A stretch of DNA of 64,000 bases, taken from contig JBARKF010000310.1 in NCBI GenBank assembly GCA_049800655.1, forward strand, positions 2,835 through 66,834. The letters run 5' to 3'. Below the pieces are notes generated by a model. It saw only the letters and a program-made list of their open reading frames with translations. It did no database searches and was not told the origin of the DNA. Numbering within the stretch: the stretch's first letter is position 1; every line of letters starts with the position of its first letter. Positions 45,178 through 53,826 of the stretch are shown one piece after another. Both the position numbers and the translations under genes were made by a program. This DNA is from Candidatus Cybelea sp. (GTDB lineage Bacteria; Vulcanimicrobiota; Vulcanimicrobiia; Vulcanimicrobiales; Vulcanimicrobiaceae).

Positions 45178-46038
45178 CTACGAAACGCGCGAGGTCGTCT
45201 CGCCGCGCGGGGGTCGCAGCCGCGAGCGAAGATGCGCGATGAGATCGTTTCGCCGGCGATGTTCTCGCGGCGGCCGCGTAATCGCTAAGAGCATCTTGGT
45301 CAACCGCTGTTCGTCATCCACGGGGCGCGTGAGCTTACCGTCACGAGCGATCGAAATCGCTCCCGTCTGCTCCGAAATGACCAGCACCACGGCGTCGGTC
45401 TGCTCCGCAAGTCCGAGCGCGGCCCGGTGACGCGTCCCAAATCGCATGTTTGCGGGCGAACGCTCTGCCAAGGGCAAAAGGCATGCCGCTGCCTCGATGC
45501 GGCCGTCGCGCACGATTACCGCGCCATCGTGCAGCGGCGAGTCCGGTACAAAAATGCTCACCAGCAACTCCTCGGAAATGTCGGCGTGCAGCATCGTCCC
45601 GCTTTCACAGTACTCTTTGAGGCCGCTCTGTTGTTCGATGACGATCAAGGCGCCGCGGCGGTTGCGCCGGAGCAGAAAGGCGGTGCGTGCAAGCACTACC
45701 ATCTTCGGGTCTTCGCGGCCCTCGTCGTCCTGCGAGGTCAACATCCGAAAGAGATTCCCACGGCCGATCTTCTCGAGAGCGCGACGCAACTCGGGTTGAA
45801 AGACGATTGCAATGGTAATCGTCGCGCCAACCAGGATCAGGCGCAAGATCGTTCCCAACAAGTAAAGGTGAAAGAGCGTCGCGAGCCCGAGCAACCCCAC
45901 GACCACCAGCAGGCCGATGAGGATCTGAACGGCGCGCGTGCCGCGAATGAGGAGCAAAACGTAATAGAACAGGATGCTGGTCGCGATGACGTCGATGACG
46001 TCAGAGATACCGACGTAATGTCCCAGCGTGCTAAACAC
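45178..46038 (-). CDS. cdaA: Diadenylate cyclase CdaA (membrane-anchored DAC domain)
   Basis: Three N-terminal TM helices precede the DAC motifs GALIVIE, PLHDGAVIV, GTRHRAALGLAEQTDAVVLVISEQTGAISIA. Confidence 0.93.
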   Translation of the reverse strand: MFSTLGHYVGISDVIDVIATSILFYYVLLLIRGTRAVQILIGLLVVVGLLGLATLFHLYLLGTILRLILVGATITIAIVFQPELRRALEKIGRGNLFRMLTSQDDEGREDPKMVVLARTAFLLRRNRRGALIVIEQQSGLKEYCESGTMLHADISEELLVSIFVPDSPLHDGAVIVRDGRIEAAACLLPLAERSPANMRFGTRHRAALGLAEQTDAVVLVISEQTGAISIARDGKLTRPVDDEQRLTKMLLAITRPPREHRRRNDLIAHLRSRLRPPRGETTSRVS

Positions 46039-46564
46039 GATCGATCCTCAGCTCGAGAATACGCCGCGGCTCGATCTCCGGAGCCGCTAATCCTTCCGCC
46101 GCGAGCTTCGCCGCAAGCTCCGGCGATAACGGCGAGAGCACTTCCGAAACGCGGCCGCTACCAAAACGCTTCAGCTCCACGTCGACGAGGCCGAGCACGA
46201 CCGAGGCGCCCGTCCGGGCTGGGTCCCATTCAACGACGAGGCCATCCGGGCAGGGGCGGCATGCCAGAATGCCGGCGGGGCGGCCCGGTCCGTTCAAAGC
46301 ATCGAGCAATTTCGGCAAGGCTTCGGTAACTGCAGGGAAAACTGCCAAGGCTATGATCGAGCCGTCGTACACCGTTGCCCCCGGCAATGCGCGAATTGCG
46401 TCGGCGTCGCTTTTCTCCGGAAGCTCGAGGAGAGCGTACGAACGCCTGGCCGATTCCCGGGTACGCCAAATCACGCTGCCGCCTAGGGCGAGCACCGCGG
46501 CCTCAATCGCTGCGCGTTGCTCGCCGTCGACGTCCTTGTCGAAGCTCAAGGTGAGGTAAAACAC
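46031..46564 (-). CDS. Hypothetical protein (177 aa) overlapping the cdaA start
   Basis: There is an 8-nt overlap with cdaA. No family is recognised, and no TM segment or signal peptide is present. Confidence 0.55.
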   Translation of the reverse strand: MFYLTLSFDKDVDGEQRAAIEAAVLALGGSVIWRTRESARRSYALLELPEKSDADAIRALPGATVYDGSIIALAVFPAVTEALPKLLDALNGPGRPAGILACRPCPDGLVVEWDPARTGASVVLGLVDVELKRFGSGRVSEVLSPLSPELAAKLAAEGLAAPEIEPRRILELRIDRV

Positions 46565-46606
46565 GCTCGCTTCATCGTTTGCCGTTTCAATCGTGCATTC
46601 TTGCGT

Positions 46607-47488
46607 GTGAGCGAAACGCAGCGAGCACTGGTCGTCTCAACCGGGAAGAATTCCGCGTTGATTTCCGTTGACGGTGAAACGCGGACGCGGAACGCGCAAC
46701 TGCGCCGTATGACCGGCGCGCGGTTCATGCCGGTGCCCGGCGACATCGTGCGCGTGCGCATTTTGGAAGACGAACAGGCACTGGTCGAACGCCTGGAGCC
46801 CCGGAGTTTCACGCTCGAGCGGCGGAGCGCTGCCGGCCGCGCGAAGACGATGGCCGCCAACGTCGATCTGATCGTCACCGTTACTGCCCTCGCTAACCCG
46901 CCGCCGCGATTCGTCACCCTCGACCAGCTCCTGGCCTTCGCCGAGGTCGAGGAGATCGCGGCCGCCGTCATACTGACCAAACCCGACCTCGGCGATCCGG
47001 TGCAAAGCCGAGCGCTGGCCAAGCTCTACAGCGATCTCGGGTACCCCGCCGCCGTCATTAATCCCAAGACGAACGAGAACGTCGATGCGCTGCGCGAGCT
47101 CATCCGCGACCGCCGCGCACTGCTGGTCGGAAACTCCGGCGTTGGAAAGAGCACGATCTTTCGCGCACTGGGCGGAGAAACGACGGTCGGCGAGGTCTCG
47201 CGGCGCGGCTTGGGAAGGCAGACGACGACCGCGGGGCGGCTCTACCGGATCGGCTCGGGCTTTCTTATCGATAGCCCGGGGATCAACGAGTTCGGGCTCG
47301 GAACCATCCAGGCGGGCGACTTGACGCAGGCCTTCCGCGAGATGCGCGAGCCGGCGGTGCGCTGCCGCTTTACCGATTGCACCCACCTGCAGGAGCCCAA
47401 TTGTGCCGTTTTGGCGGCCGTTGGCGACGGACGGATCGCCCCCAGCCGCTACGCCAGCTACCGGAAGATCCTGCTCGAACCGACCTAG
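46607..47488 (+). CDS. rsgA: Ribosome small-subunit-dependent GTPase A
   Basis: Circularly permuted GTPase motifs TKPDL and GNSGVGKST are followed by DSPGINEFGL and the Zn knuckle CRFTDCTHLQEPNCAV. The start is GTG 46607 or TTG 46601. Confidence 0.88.
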   Translation: MSETQRALVVSTGKNSALISVDGETRTRNAQLRRMTGARFMPVPGDIVRVRILEDEQALVERLEPRSFTLERRSAAGRAKTMAANVDLIVTVTALANPPPRFVTLDQLLAFAEVEEIAAAVILTKPDLGDPVQSRALAKLYSDLGYPAAVINPKTNENVDALRELIRDRRALLVGNSGVGKSTIFRALGGETTVGEVSRRGLGRQTTTAGRLYRIGSGFLIDSPGINEFGLGTIQAGDLTQAFREMREPAVRCRFTDCTHLQEPNCAVLAAVGDGRIAPSRYASYRKILLEPT

Positions 47489-47575
47489 CAGGCGGCGAGC
47501 CAAGGTGGACACTCGGCGCGGCCACCTGGTATGATACACGCCGTTCCGCCCTTACCTTTCTTCATGGGAGTCCTC

Positions 47576-47863
47576 TTGCCGAACATCAAGGCCGCTGAGA
47601 AATGGGTTCTTCAATCCGAAAAGCGTACGGCACGCAATAAAGGCGTCAAGAGCCGCCTTAAAACGCTCTTCAAGGCTGCCGCCGATACCGGCGAGGCGGC
47701 GGCGACCCGCGGCGTCGAGAGCGCCTACGATAACGCCGCCAGTAAAGGCATCATCCATCGCAATAAGGCCGCTCGCAAGAAGTCGCGGCTTGCCAAAGCC
47801 ATCCGGCGAAGCGCCAGCGCTCCGGCGAAACCCGCAAAGGGACGCTCTAAGGATCGACGTTAA
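47576..47863 (+). CDS. rpsT: 30S ribosomal protein S20
   Basis: TTG start lies 6 nt after GGGAG and gives (M)PNIKAAEKWVLQSEKRTARNKGVKSRLKT, the canonical S20 N-terminus. Confidence 0.88.
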   Translation: MPNIKAAEKWVLQSEKRTARNKGVKSRLKTLFKAAADTGEAAATRGVESAYDNAASKGIIHRNKAARKKSRLAKAIRRSASAPAKPAKGRSKDRR

Positions 47864-50231
47864 TCGCTAAACGCGTCGCGCGATCCGCGTGCGCGAGGTC
47901 GAGGATTCGCTCTCGCACGAACGCGCGCAAGGCTGCTGGGCTGCGACCGCGCAGCGCGATGCGATAACGCCATTCGTTGTTGACACGCACGATAGGATAG
48001 GGAGCCGGTCCCAGGACCTCGGTAGTGCCGCCGTCGCGCAGCCGGGCCGCGTATCGTTGCGCCGTCTCCGCAACGCGCCGGCGATCGCGTCCGAGGACGC
48101 CGAGATAAATAAGCCGCTCAGATGGGGGAAAGCCGGCGGCGGCACGTTCTCGCAGTTCCACTTCGGCAAAACCGTCGTAGTCGTGCCGCGCAGCAAATCG
48201 AATCACCGGGTGTTCCGGTGCATATGTCTGAACGATCGCCTCGCCGCGGCGCATCCGGCCACTTCGCCCGCAAACCTGCGCGATCAACGCGAAGCTGCGT
48301 TCGGCCGCGCGAAAATCGGGAAGAGCGATGCCTAAATCTGCGGCGACGACGGCCGCTAGCGTGACCGTGGGATAATCGAGCCCTTTGGCAACCATCTGCG
48401 TTCCGACCAGCACGTCGCCGTCCCGTGCAAACGAGCCCAGAATGCGCGCGTGATCGCCGACGCGGGTGGTCGTATCCGAATCCATTCGCAACACGCGGGC
48501 ATGTGGAAAGAGCCGGAGCAGCTCCTCGACGACGCGTTCGGTTCCGATCCCGAGCTCGCGAATCGTCTCTTTTCCGCAGACCGGGCAGCGTTGCGGAATA
48601 GCGCACTGGTAGTCGCAGTAGTGGCAGCGAAGTAATCGCTCGCTGCGATGGACCGCGAGCGCCACGCTGCAGCGCGGGCATTGCGGTGAATTTCCACAGC
48701 TCCGGCAGATCAGCGCCGCACTGCTGCCGCGCCGGTTGACGAAGACCAGGCTCTTCTCCTGACGCTCGAGCCGGTCGCCCAGGGCTTGAACGAGGGCGGG
48801 GCTGAAAATGCTGCGGTTGCCGCTCTCAAACTCCTTGCGTAGATCGACCACGCGCACTTGCGGCAACGGCTGCGCCGTCGCGCGCTTGCGCAGTTCGAGC
48901 AGCGCAATTCTTCCAAGTTTGGCCGCCGCAAAGCTTTCAAGCGAGGGAGTCGCGCTTCCGAGAACCAGCACGCCATCGGTCAGGCGCATTCGCTCGCGTG
49001 CGACCGCGACGGCGTGGTAGCGCGGCACGACTTCTTGCTTGTAGGAAGGGTCGTGCGCTTCGTCAACGATCAGCAGGCGCACGCGCTCGAGCGGTGCGAA
49101 GACGGCGCTCCGCGCGCCGACGACGACGTCGATCTCGCCGCGCGCACACGCCTGCCACGCATCGAAACGCTCGCGATCCGAGAGCGCCGAATGCAGCACG
49201 GCCACTCGTTCGCCGAACGCCGCCTCGAAGCGCTCCGCCGTTTGGGGCGTGAGTGAGATCTCCGGCACGAGCACGATCGCGCGGCCGCCTTCGCGAACCA
49301 CGCGTTTGATCGCCTCGACGTAGACGAAGGTCTTGCCGCTCGCCGTGACGCCATAAAGCAAGGCTGCAGCAAACCGCTTCGCGTCGAGTGCTTCGGCAAT
49401 CCAACGTAAAGCGCGCTCTTGTTCGGCCGTCGGCGATGCGTTGGATTCCGTCTTTTCGATGCGCCGGCTCGACGTGCGTCGTACCGAACGCTCGCGAATC
49501 GCTGCCTGCTTGACGGCGCGCGCGATGACCGCGCTGCTAAATCCCGCCAAAAGTGCTTGTGCGCGTGGCATCCCCGGATGCTCGCGCACGTACGCAGCGA
49601 GCGCTTCGGCTTTTTTGCCGCGAATCGGCCGATCGCCGGGGTCGAGAACGCGAACCTGGTACTCGCTCGTGCGCGGATCCACAAAGCGTCGCTCGCGGCG
49701 GAGCGCGCCACCCCGCACCAGTGCGCGCACGTGACCCAAGAGCGCCGCGCGATCGGCCGCGCGTCGCGCCTCGGGATGGCGAAGCAGTTGTTCGAGCGAA
49801 AACCCCGCTGGGAGATCCTCCCAAATCAGGCGGAGCAAGCGAGGCGGCACCGAGCGAAATCGCTGCGGGCTCGCGCGCTCGCTCTCGCGCACCAAGGAAT
49901 CCTGCATCCGAGGAACCGCATCCGCGAGGACCACCGCGCTCAACGCTTCACCGAGCGTGCAGAGATAGTGCTCGGCAACAAAGGCCGCTAGCTGCAATCC
50001 GGTTTCGTCGAAGGCGCGCGGAACGTCCAGCCGTTCGAGGACCGGCTTGTACGACGCTCCACCGTCGGCGATCTCGCGTATCGGGGCAACGATGAATGCC
50101 AAGATTTCGCGCCGTCCGAGCGGCACACGCACGACATCGCCGACGCAAAGCGCGAGACCCCCGGCGTCGTAGGTTAAGGGGAGGTCAAAACGCGATGACC
50201 GGATAGCCGGCAGCGCGTCAACGACGAGCAC
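47847..50231 (-). CDS. priA: Primosomal protein N' (replication restart helicase PriA)
   Basis: Walker A GVTASGKT, DEAH-like IVDEAHD, the Cys-rich zinc region CRSCGNSPQCPRCSVALAVH...CHYCDYQCAIPQRCPVCG, and helicase C motifs are all present. Confidence 0.95.
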   Translation of the reverse strand: MLVVDALPAIRSSRFDLPLTYDAGGLALCVGDVVRVPLGRREILAFIVAPIREIADGGASYKPVLERLDVPRAFDETGLQLAAFVAEHYLCTLGEALSAVVLADAVPRMQDSLVRESERASPQRFRSVPPRLLRLIWEDLPAGFSLEQLLRHPEARRAADRAALLGHVRALVRGGALRRERRFVDPRTSEYQVRVLDPGDRPIRGKKAEALAAYVREHPGMPRAQALLAGFSSAVIARAVKQAAIRERSVRRTSSRRIEKTESNASPTAEQERALRWIAEALDAKRFAAALLYGVTASGKTFVYVEAIKRVVREGGRAIVLVPEISLTPQTAERFEAAFGERVAVLHSALSDRERFDAWQACARGEIDVVVGARSAVFAPLERVRLLIVDEAHDPSYKQEVVPRYHAVAVARERMRLTDGVLVLGSATPSLESFAAAKLGRIALLELRKRATAQPLPQVRVVDLRKEFESGNRSIFSPALVQALGDRLERQEKSLVFVNRRGSSAALICRSCGNSPQCPRCSVALAVHRSERLLRCHYCDYQCAIPQRCPVCGKETIRELGIGTERVVEELLRLFPHARVLRMDSDTTTRVGDHARILGSFARDGDVLVGTQMVAKGLDYPTVTLAAVVAADLGIALPDFRAAERSFALIAQVCGRSGRMRRGEAIVQTYAPEHPVIRFAARHDYDGFAEVELRERAAAGFPPSERLIYLGVLGRDRRRVAETAQRYAARLRDGGTTEVLGPAPYPIVRVNNEWRYRIALRGRSPAALRAFVRERILDLAHADRATRLAINVDP

Positions 50232-51294
50232 GAACTTGCTCCGGCGGTTTTTGCAGGCGCTTTACCACGGCACGAACGCTGCGCATGTCGCACTCGATGC
50301 CGTATTCCACGTCGCCGATTGCACGCGGAAGGACGAAGCGCATCCGCGCCGCCCGGCGCTTCTTGTCACCGAGCATCGCGGCGAGAATCGCTTCCGGCGC
50401 GACCGTCGTCTGCAACGGCAGGCCGAGCAAGGTTAAGAGCGCGAGGACGCGCAGGTGTTCCGCTTCGCTGAAGCGATCGCAGCGCAGCGCCAGCAGGCCG
50501 GCGGCGCGTAAGCCGACCGCGACCGCCGCGCCGTGGGTCACCCGATACTTCGAGCCCGCTTCAATCGCATGCGCAAAGGTATGGCCGAGGTTGAGTGTCT
50601 CGCGCAGGCCGGCTTCGGTTCGATCGTCCGCAACGATCATCGTCTTGACCTTGACGGCCGACTCAATCACCGCCGCCCACGGCCACCGCAAAAGCGGATG
50701 CGGCGCGAGCTCCTCGAGCCCTTCGAAGAAGCTGCCGCCTTCGATGATCGCCGCCTTTACGATCTCGGCCAACCCTGCGCGCAAGCCTCGCGCCGGCAGC
50801 GTGCGTAACGCCGCGACGTCGCAGAGGACCGCAACGGGATCGCGAAACGCACCGGCCAAATTCTTGCCGCCGCGCAAATTGACGCCCGTTTTGCCGCCGA
50901 TCGCCGCATCCACCATCGCCACGAGTGACGTCGACACGTGCGCGTATCGAACTCCGCGCATGTAGCTCGCGCAGGTAAAGCCGAAGAGATCCGCCGCGAT
51001 CCCTCCGCCGACGCCGATCACGAGTCCGGAACGCTCCACGCGCGATTGCAGCATTGCGTCAAGCGCCTGCTCGACGGTTGCGAGCCGTTTGCGCGACTCT
51101 CCAAGCGCGAATGCCCGCAGCGGCACTCCCGCCTCACCGGCCATTTTGGCCGCAATGGCGCGGACGAACCGGTTTTCATCGCTGAGCACGATGCTCGGCG
51201 GCCCGTGCCGGCCAAGGAGCTCCGCCAAATCCACGGGGTCCTCAGCTACGACGATCGGGTAACCCAGGTCGAAGTTCACCGCCGGCTCAGGCAT
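50218..51294 (-). CDS. aroB: 3-dehydroquinate synthase
   Basis: GVGGGIAADLFGF, VDAAIGGKTGVN and LNLGHTFAHAIE are typical. Confidence 0.94.
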   Translation of the reverse strand: MPEPAVNFDLGYPIVVAEDPVDLAELLGRHGPPSIVLSDENRFVRAIAAKMAGEAGVPLRAFALGESRKRLATVEQALDAMLQSRVERSGLVIGVGGGIAADLFGFTCASYMRGVRYAHVSTSLVAMVDAAIGGKTGVNLRGGKNLAGAFRDPVAVLCDVAALRTLPARGLRAGLAEIVKAAIIEGGSFFEGLEELAPHPLLRWPWAAVIESAVKVKTMIVADDRTEAGLRETLNLGHTFAHAIEAGSKYRVTHGAAVAVGLRAAGLLALRCDRFSEAEHLRVLALLTLLGLPLQTTVAPEAILAAMLGDKKRRAARMRFVLPRAIGDVEYGIECDMRSVRAVVKRLQKPPEQVRARR

Positions 51295-51299
51295 CGCGT

Positions 51300-51812
51300 T
51301 TAAGTTTCCCGAAGCCAGTCGACGATTGCATCGATCACCTCTCGATCGCTGTGCCGTTCCACTTCGATGACGAAATCCGCACTTGCGTACTGCGGGAGAC
51401 GCTGCGCGTAGAGTTCTTTAATCGCCTCGAGTGTCGGGGCCGCGCCAAGCATCGGCCGTGTCTCGCGACTCCGCCGAACGCGCGCCAGAACTTGTTCCGA
51501 AGAGACTTTGATGAAGACGCAGTCTGCGCGTTGCTTCAGCAGCCGGCGATTCTCGGCAACCGTCAGCGCGCCGCCCCCCAACGCCACAACCGATGCCTGC
51601 GCATTCGCTAGCACCTCGCCGATCGCGCGGCATTCGTAGCGACGAAACGCGGCTTCGCCTTCTCGCGCGAAGATCGCCCTAATCGGACCGTGCGCGCGGA
51701 CTACCAGCTCATCGGTGTCGACGAACGGCCTGCCGAGACGCCGCGCCAACTTCCGGCCGATCGTTGATTTTCCCGACGCCATAAAGCCCACGAGCGCCAG
51801 ATGGCGCTTCAC
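51300..51812 (-). CDS. aroK: Shikimate kinase
   Basis: The P-loop LVGFMASGKSTIGR is followed by FVDTDE. GTGA overlap with aroC. Confidence 0.93.
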   Translation of the reverse strand: MKRHLALVGFMASGKSTIGRKLARRLGRPFVDTDELVVRAHGPIRAIFAREGEAAFRRYECRAIGEVLANAQASVVALGGGALTVAENRRLLKQRADCVFIKVSSEQVLARVRRSRETRPMLGAAPTLEAIKELYAQRLPQYASADFVIEVERHSDREVIDAIVDWLRET

Positions 51813-52984
51813 TGTCGTTGCGGGCCGCCTTCACGCGCGAAGAGGCGGCTGGCGGCCTCGCGACTACGCTGCAGGTTGTCAAGCGTCTCTTCCATCGAGT
51901 CGCCGCCGTACTTCTCCAAGACCGGGTCAACGAGTGCAAGACGCACCATCGCTTCGGCGACGATCGCCGCCGCCGGCACGACGCAAACGTCGCTACGCAC
52001 GATAGCCGCGGGCGCACCGGTTCGCTCGTGCAGATTCACCGACGGCAATGCCTTCATCAACGTCGGAATCGGTTTGACCGCGACGCGCACGACGATCGGC
52101 TCGCCGTTGCTCATCCCGCCCTCGATGCCGCCGGCGCGATTGCTCGTCCGAACAACACGCTCGCCGTCGAGCGCAAAAACGTCGTGGGCCGCGGAACCCG
52201 GAGTGGCCGCAACTTCCGCGCCCAATCCAATCTCGACCGCCCGAACCGTTTGCATGCCCATCACCGCGGCGGCAAGGATACCATCGAGTCGCTGGTTGGG
52301 CTGCCGATTGCTTCCGACGCCGACCGGCACGCCATCGATGCGGACCACAAACTTCCCGCCAAGCGTATCGCCGGCAGCCTTGGCGGCGTCGATCGCGGCG
52401 ATCATCAGCTCGGCGGTCGCGCGATGCGGGCAGCGGACGTCGCTCGCCTCGACGTCGGTTTGATCCCAGTCGTCCAGCTCCGGCGCCTCGACGCTACCGA
52501 TCCGAGCGACGTAGCTCCGCGTGCGGATGCCCAGTGCCCCGAGTAGTTGCGCGCAGATCGCTCCGAGGCAGACGCGCATCGCCGTTTCACGCGCGCTCGC
52601 GCGCTCGAGCACGTTGCGCAGATCTCGCTGGCGATACTTCAGCGCGCCGGCGTAGTCGGCGTGGCCGGGGCGGGGATTCGTGAGCGGGTCGCCGCGGCCG
52701 GTGATCGGATCCATGAGCGTCCGCACTTTCGGCGTAAGATGGTCGCGGTTGCGCACCAACACGGCGATCGGTGAGCCAAGCGTCTCGCTGCCCCGAATCC
52801 CCGCTAGGAATTCGACTTCGTCGCGCTCGATCTGCATGCGGGCGCTGCGCCCGTAGCCACCTTGCCGGCGCACCAAGGTCGCGTTGATCGCCTCCACGTC
52901 CAAGTGAAGATGCGCCGGAATGCCGTCAAGGATGCCAACGAGCGCCGGTCCGTGCGATTCGCCTGCCGTCAAGTAGCGAAACAT
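51809..52984 (-). CDS. aroC: Chorismate synthase
   Basis: MFRYLTAGESHGPALVGILDGIP, GRSSARETA-like SARETAMRV, and GGMSNGEPIV are present. The start was trimmed to ATG 52984; the tracked 525-aa ORF has an Arg-rich artefactual N-terminus. Confidence 0.95.
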   Translation of the reverse strand: MFRYLTAGESHGPALVGILDGIPAHLHLDVEAINATLVRRQGGYGRSARMQIERDEVEFLAGIRGSETLGSPIAVLVRNRDHLTPKVRTLMDPITGRGDPLTNPRPGHADYAGALKYRQRDLRNVLERASARETAMRVCLGAICAQLLGALGIRTRSYVARIGSVEAPELDDWDQTDVEASDVRCPHRATAELMIAAIDAAKAAGDTLGGKFVVRIDGVPVGVGSNRQPNQRLDGILAAAVMGMQTVRAVEIGLGAEVAATPGSAAHDVFALDGERVVRTSNRAGGIEGGMSNGEPIVVRVAVKPIPTLMKALPSVNLHERTGAPAAIVRSDVCVVPAAAIVAEAMVRLALVDPVLEKYGGDSMEETLDNLQRSREAASRLFAREGGPQRQ

Positions 52985-53715
52985 TACCGCCGCTCTTCGG
53001 CGCTGCCGACCGCGGCTACTTTGAGCCGGTCGATCGCGGCGCGGTGCAGGCGCGTTATGTGGCGGCGCGAGTAGCCGAGCCGCGCTGCAAGCTCGACGGT
53101 GCTTATCCCTTCGAGATGAATCGAGCGTACGATCTGTCGTTCCAGCGGCGACAGGGCCTGCAGAATCCGATCGACCGTCAGACGGTCGAGCACCTTTTCC
53201 ATTTCCTGGAAGGGGCCACCGTGCTCGCCGTTGCGCAAGAACTCGAACGAAAGGACGCAACTGCTGGCGCGATACGCACTGACTTCGCGTGCTTCTCTGT
53301 CGGTCGCGCCGACGAAACGCCTCACGTCGCTCTCGGCCGGCTCTCGGCCGAGGCGTCGGCGCAGCTCGCCTTCGGCGACGCTCCAACGGCGCTCGAGCTC
53401 GCGCACGCCGCGCGGTGCGCGCAAGAATCGTTCGCTATCGCGAACGTAATGCATGAGCTCGCCGAGAATCAAAAGCCACGCGTAGGCTTCGAACGGCGCG
53501 CTCTGCGATGGATCGTAGCGGTCAGCCGCTTTGATCAAACCGATCGCGCCGACCTGTTCGAGATCCGCGCGATCGAGCCCGCGCCGCATGAAGCGACGGG
53601 CCGCGCGGCGACAGAGATACCAGTATTGAGCAACCACTCGTTCGCGCGCGAGAAAATGGCGCAACGACGTTGCACGGAAGCGAAGAGCCACACCCAACCT
53701 CAGCTTCGTAAGCAC
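52984..53715 (-). CDS. Sigma-70 family RNA polymerase sigma factor (group 3, SigB/SigF-like)
   Basis: Region 2 is DLEQVGAIGLIKAADRYDPSQSAPFEAYAWLLILGELMHYVRD. Region 4 contains the HTH ISTVELAARLGYSRRHITRLHRAAIDRL. Its stop overlaps the aroC start (TAATG). Confidence 0.85.
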   Translation of the reverse strand: MLTKLRLGVALRFRATSLRHFLARERVVAQYWYLCRRAARRFMRRGLDRADLEQVGAIGLIKAADRYDPSQSAPFEAYAWLLILGELMHYVRDSERFLRAPRGVRELERRWSVAEGELRRRLGREPAESDVRRFVGATDREAREVSAYRASSCVLSFEFLRNGEHGGPFQEMEKVLDRLTVDRILQALSPLERQIVRSIHLEGISTVELAARLGYSRRHITRLHRAAIDRLKVAAVGSAEERR

Positions 53716-53826
53716 ACACGGCCGCCGCTCCCGAGCAGCGTCCGTTGCTAATCGTTATATACCAACTCGTTTCCAAAGCGCAATACCCTGCAGGAGTCGC
53801 TGCAATGCACCGCTTACTCTTGAACT

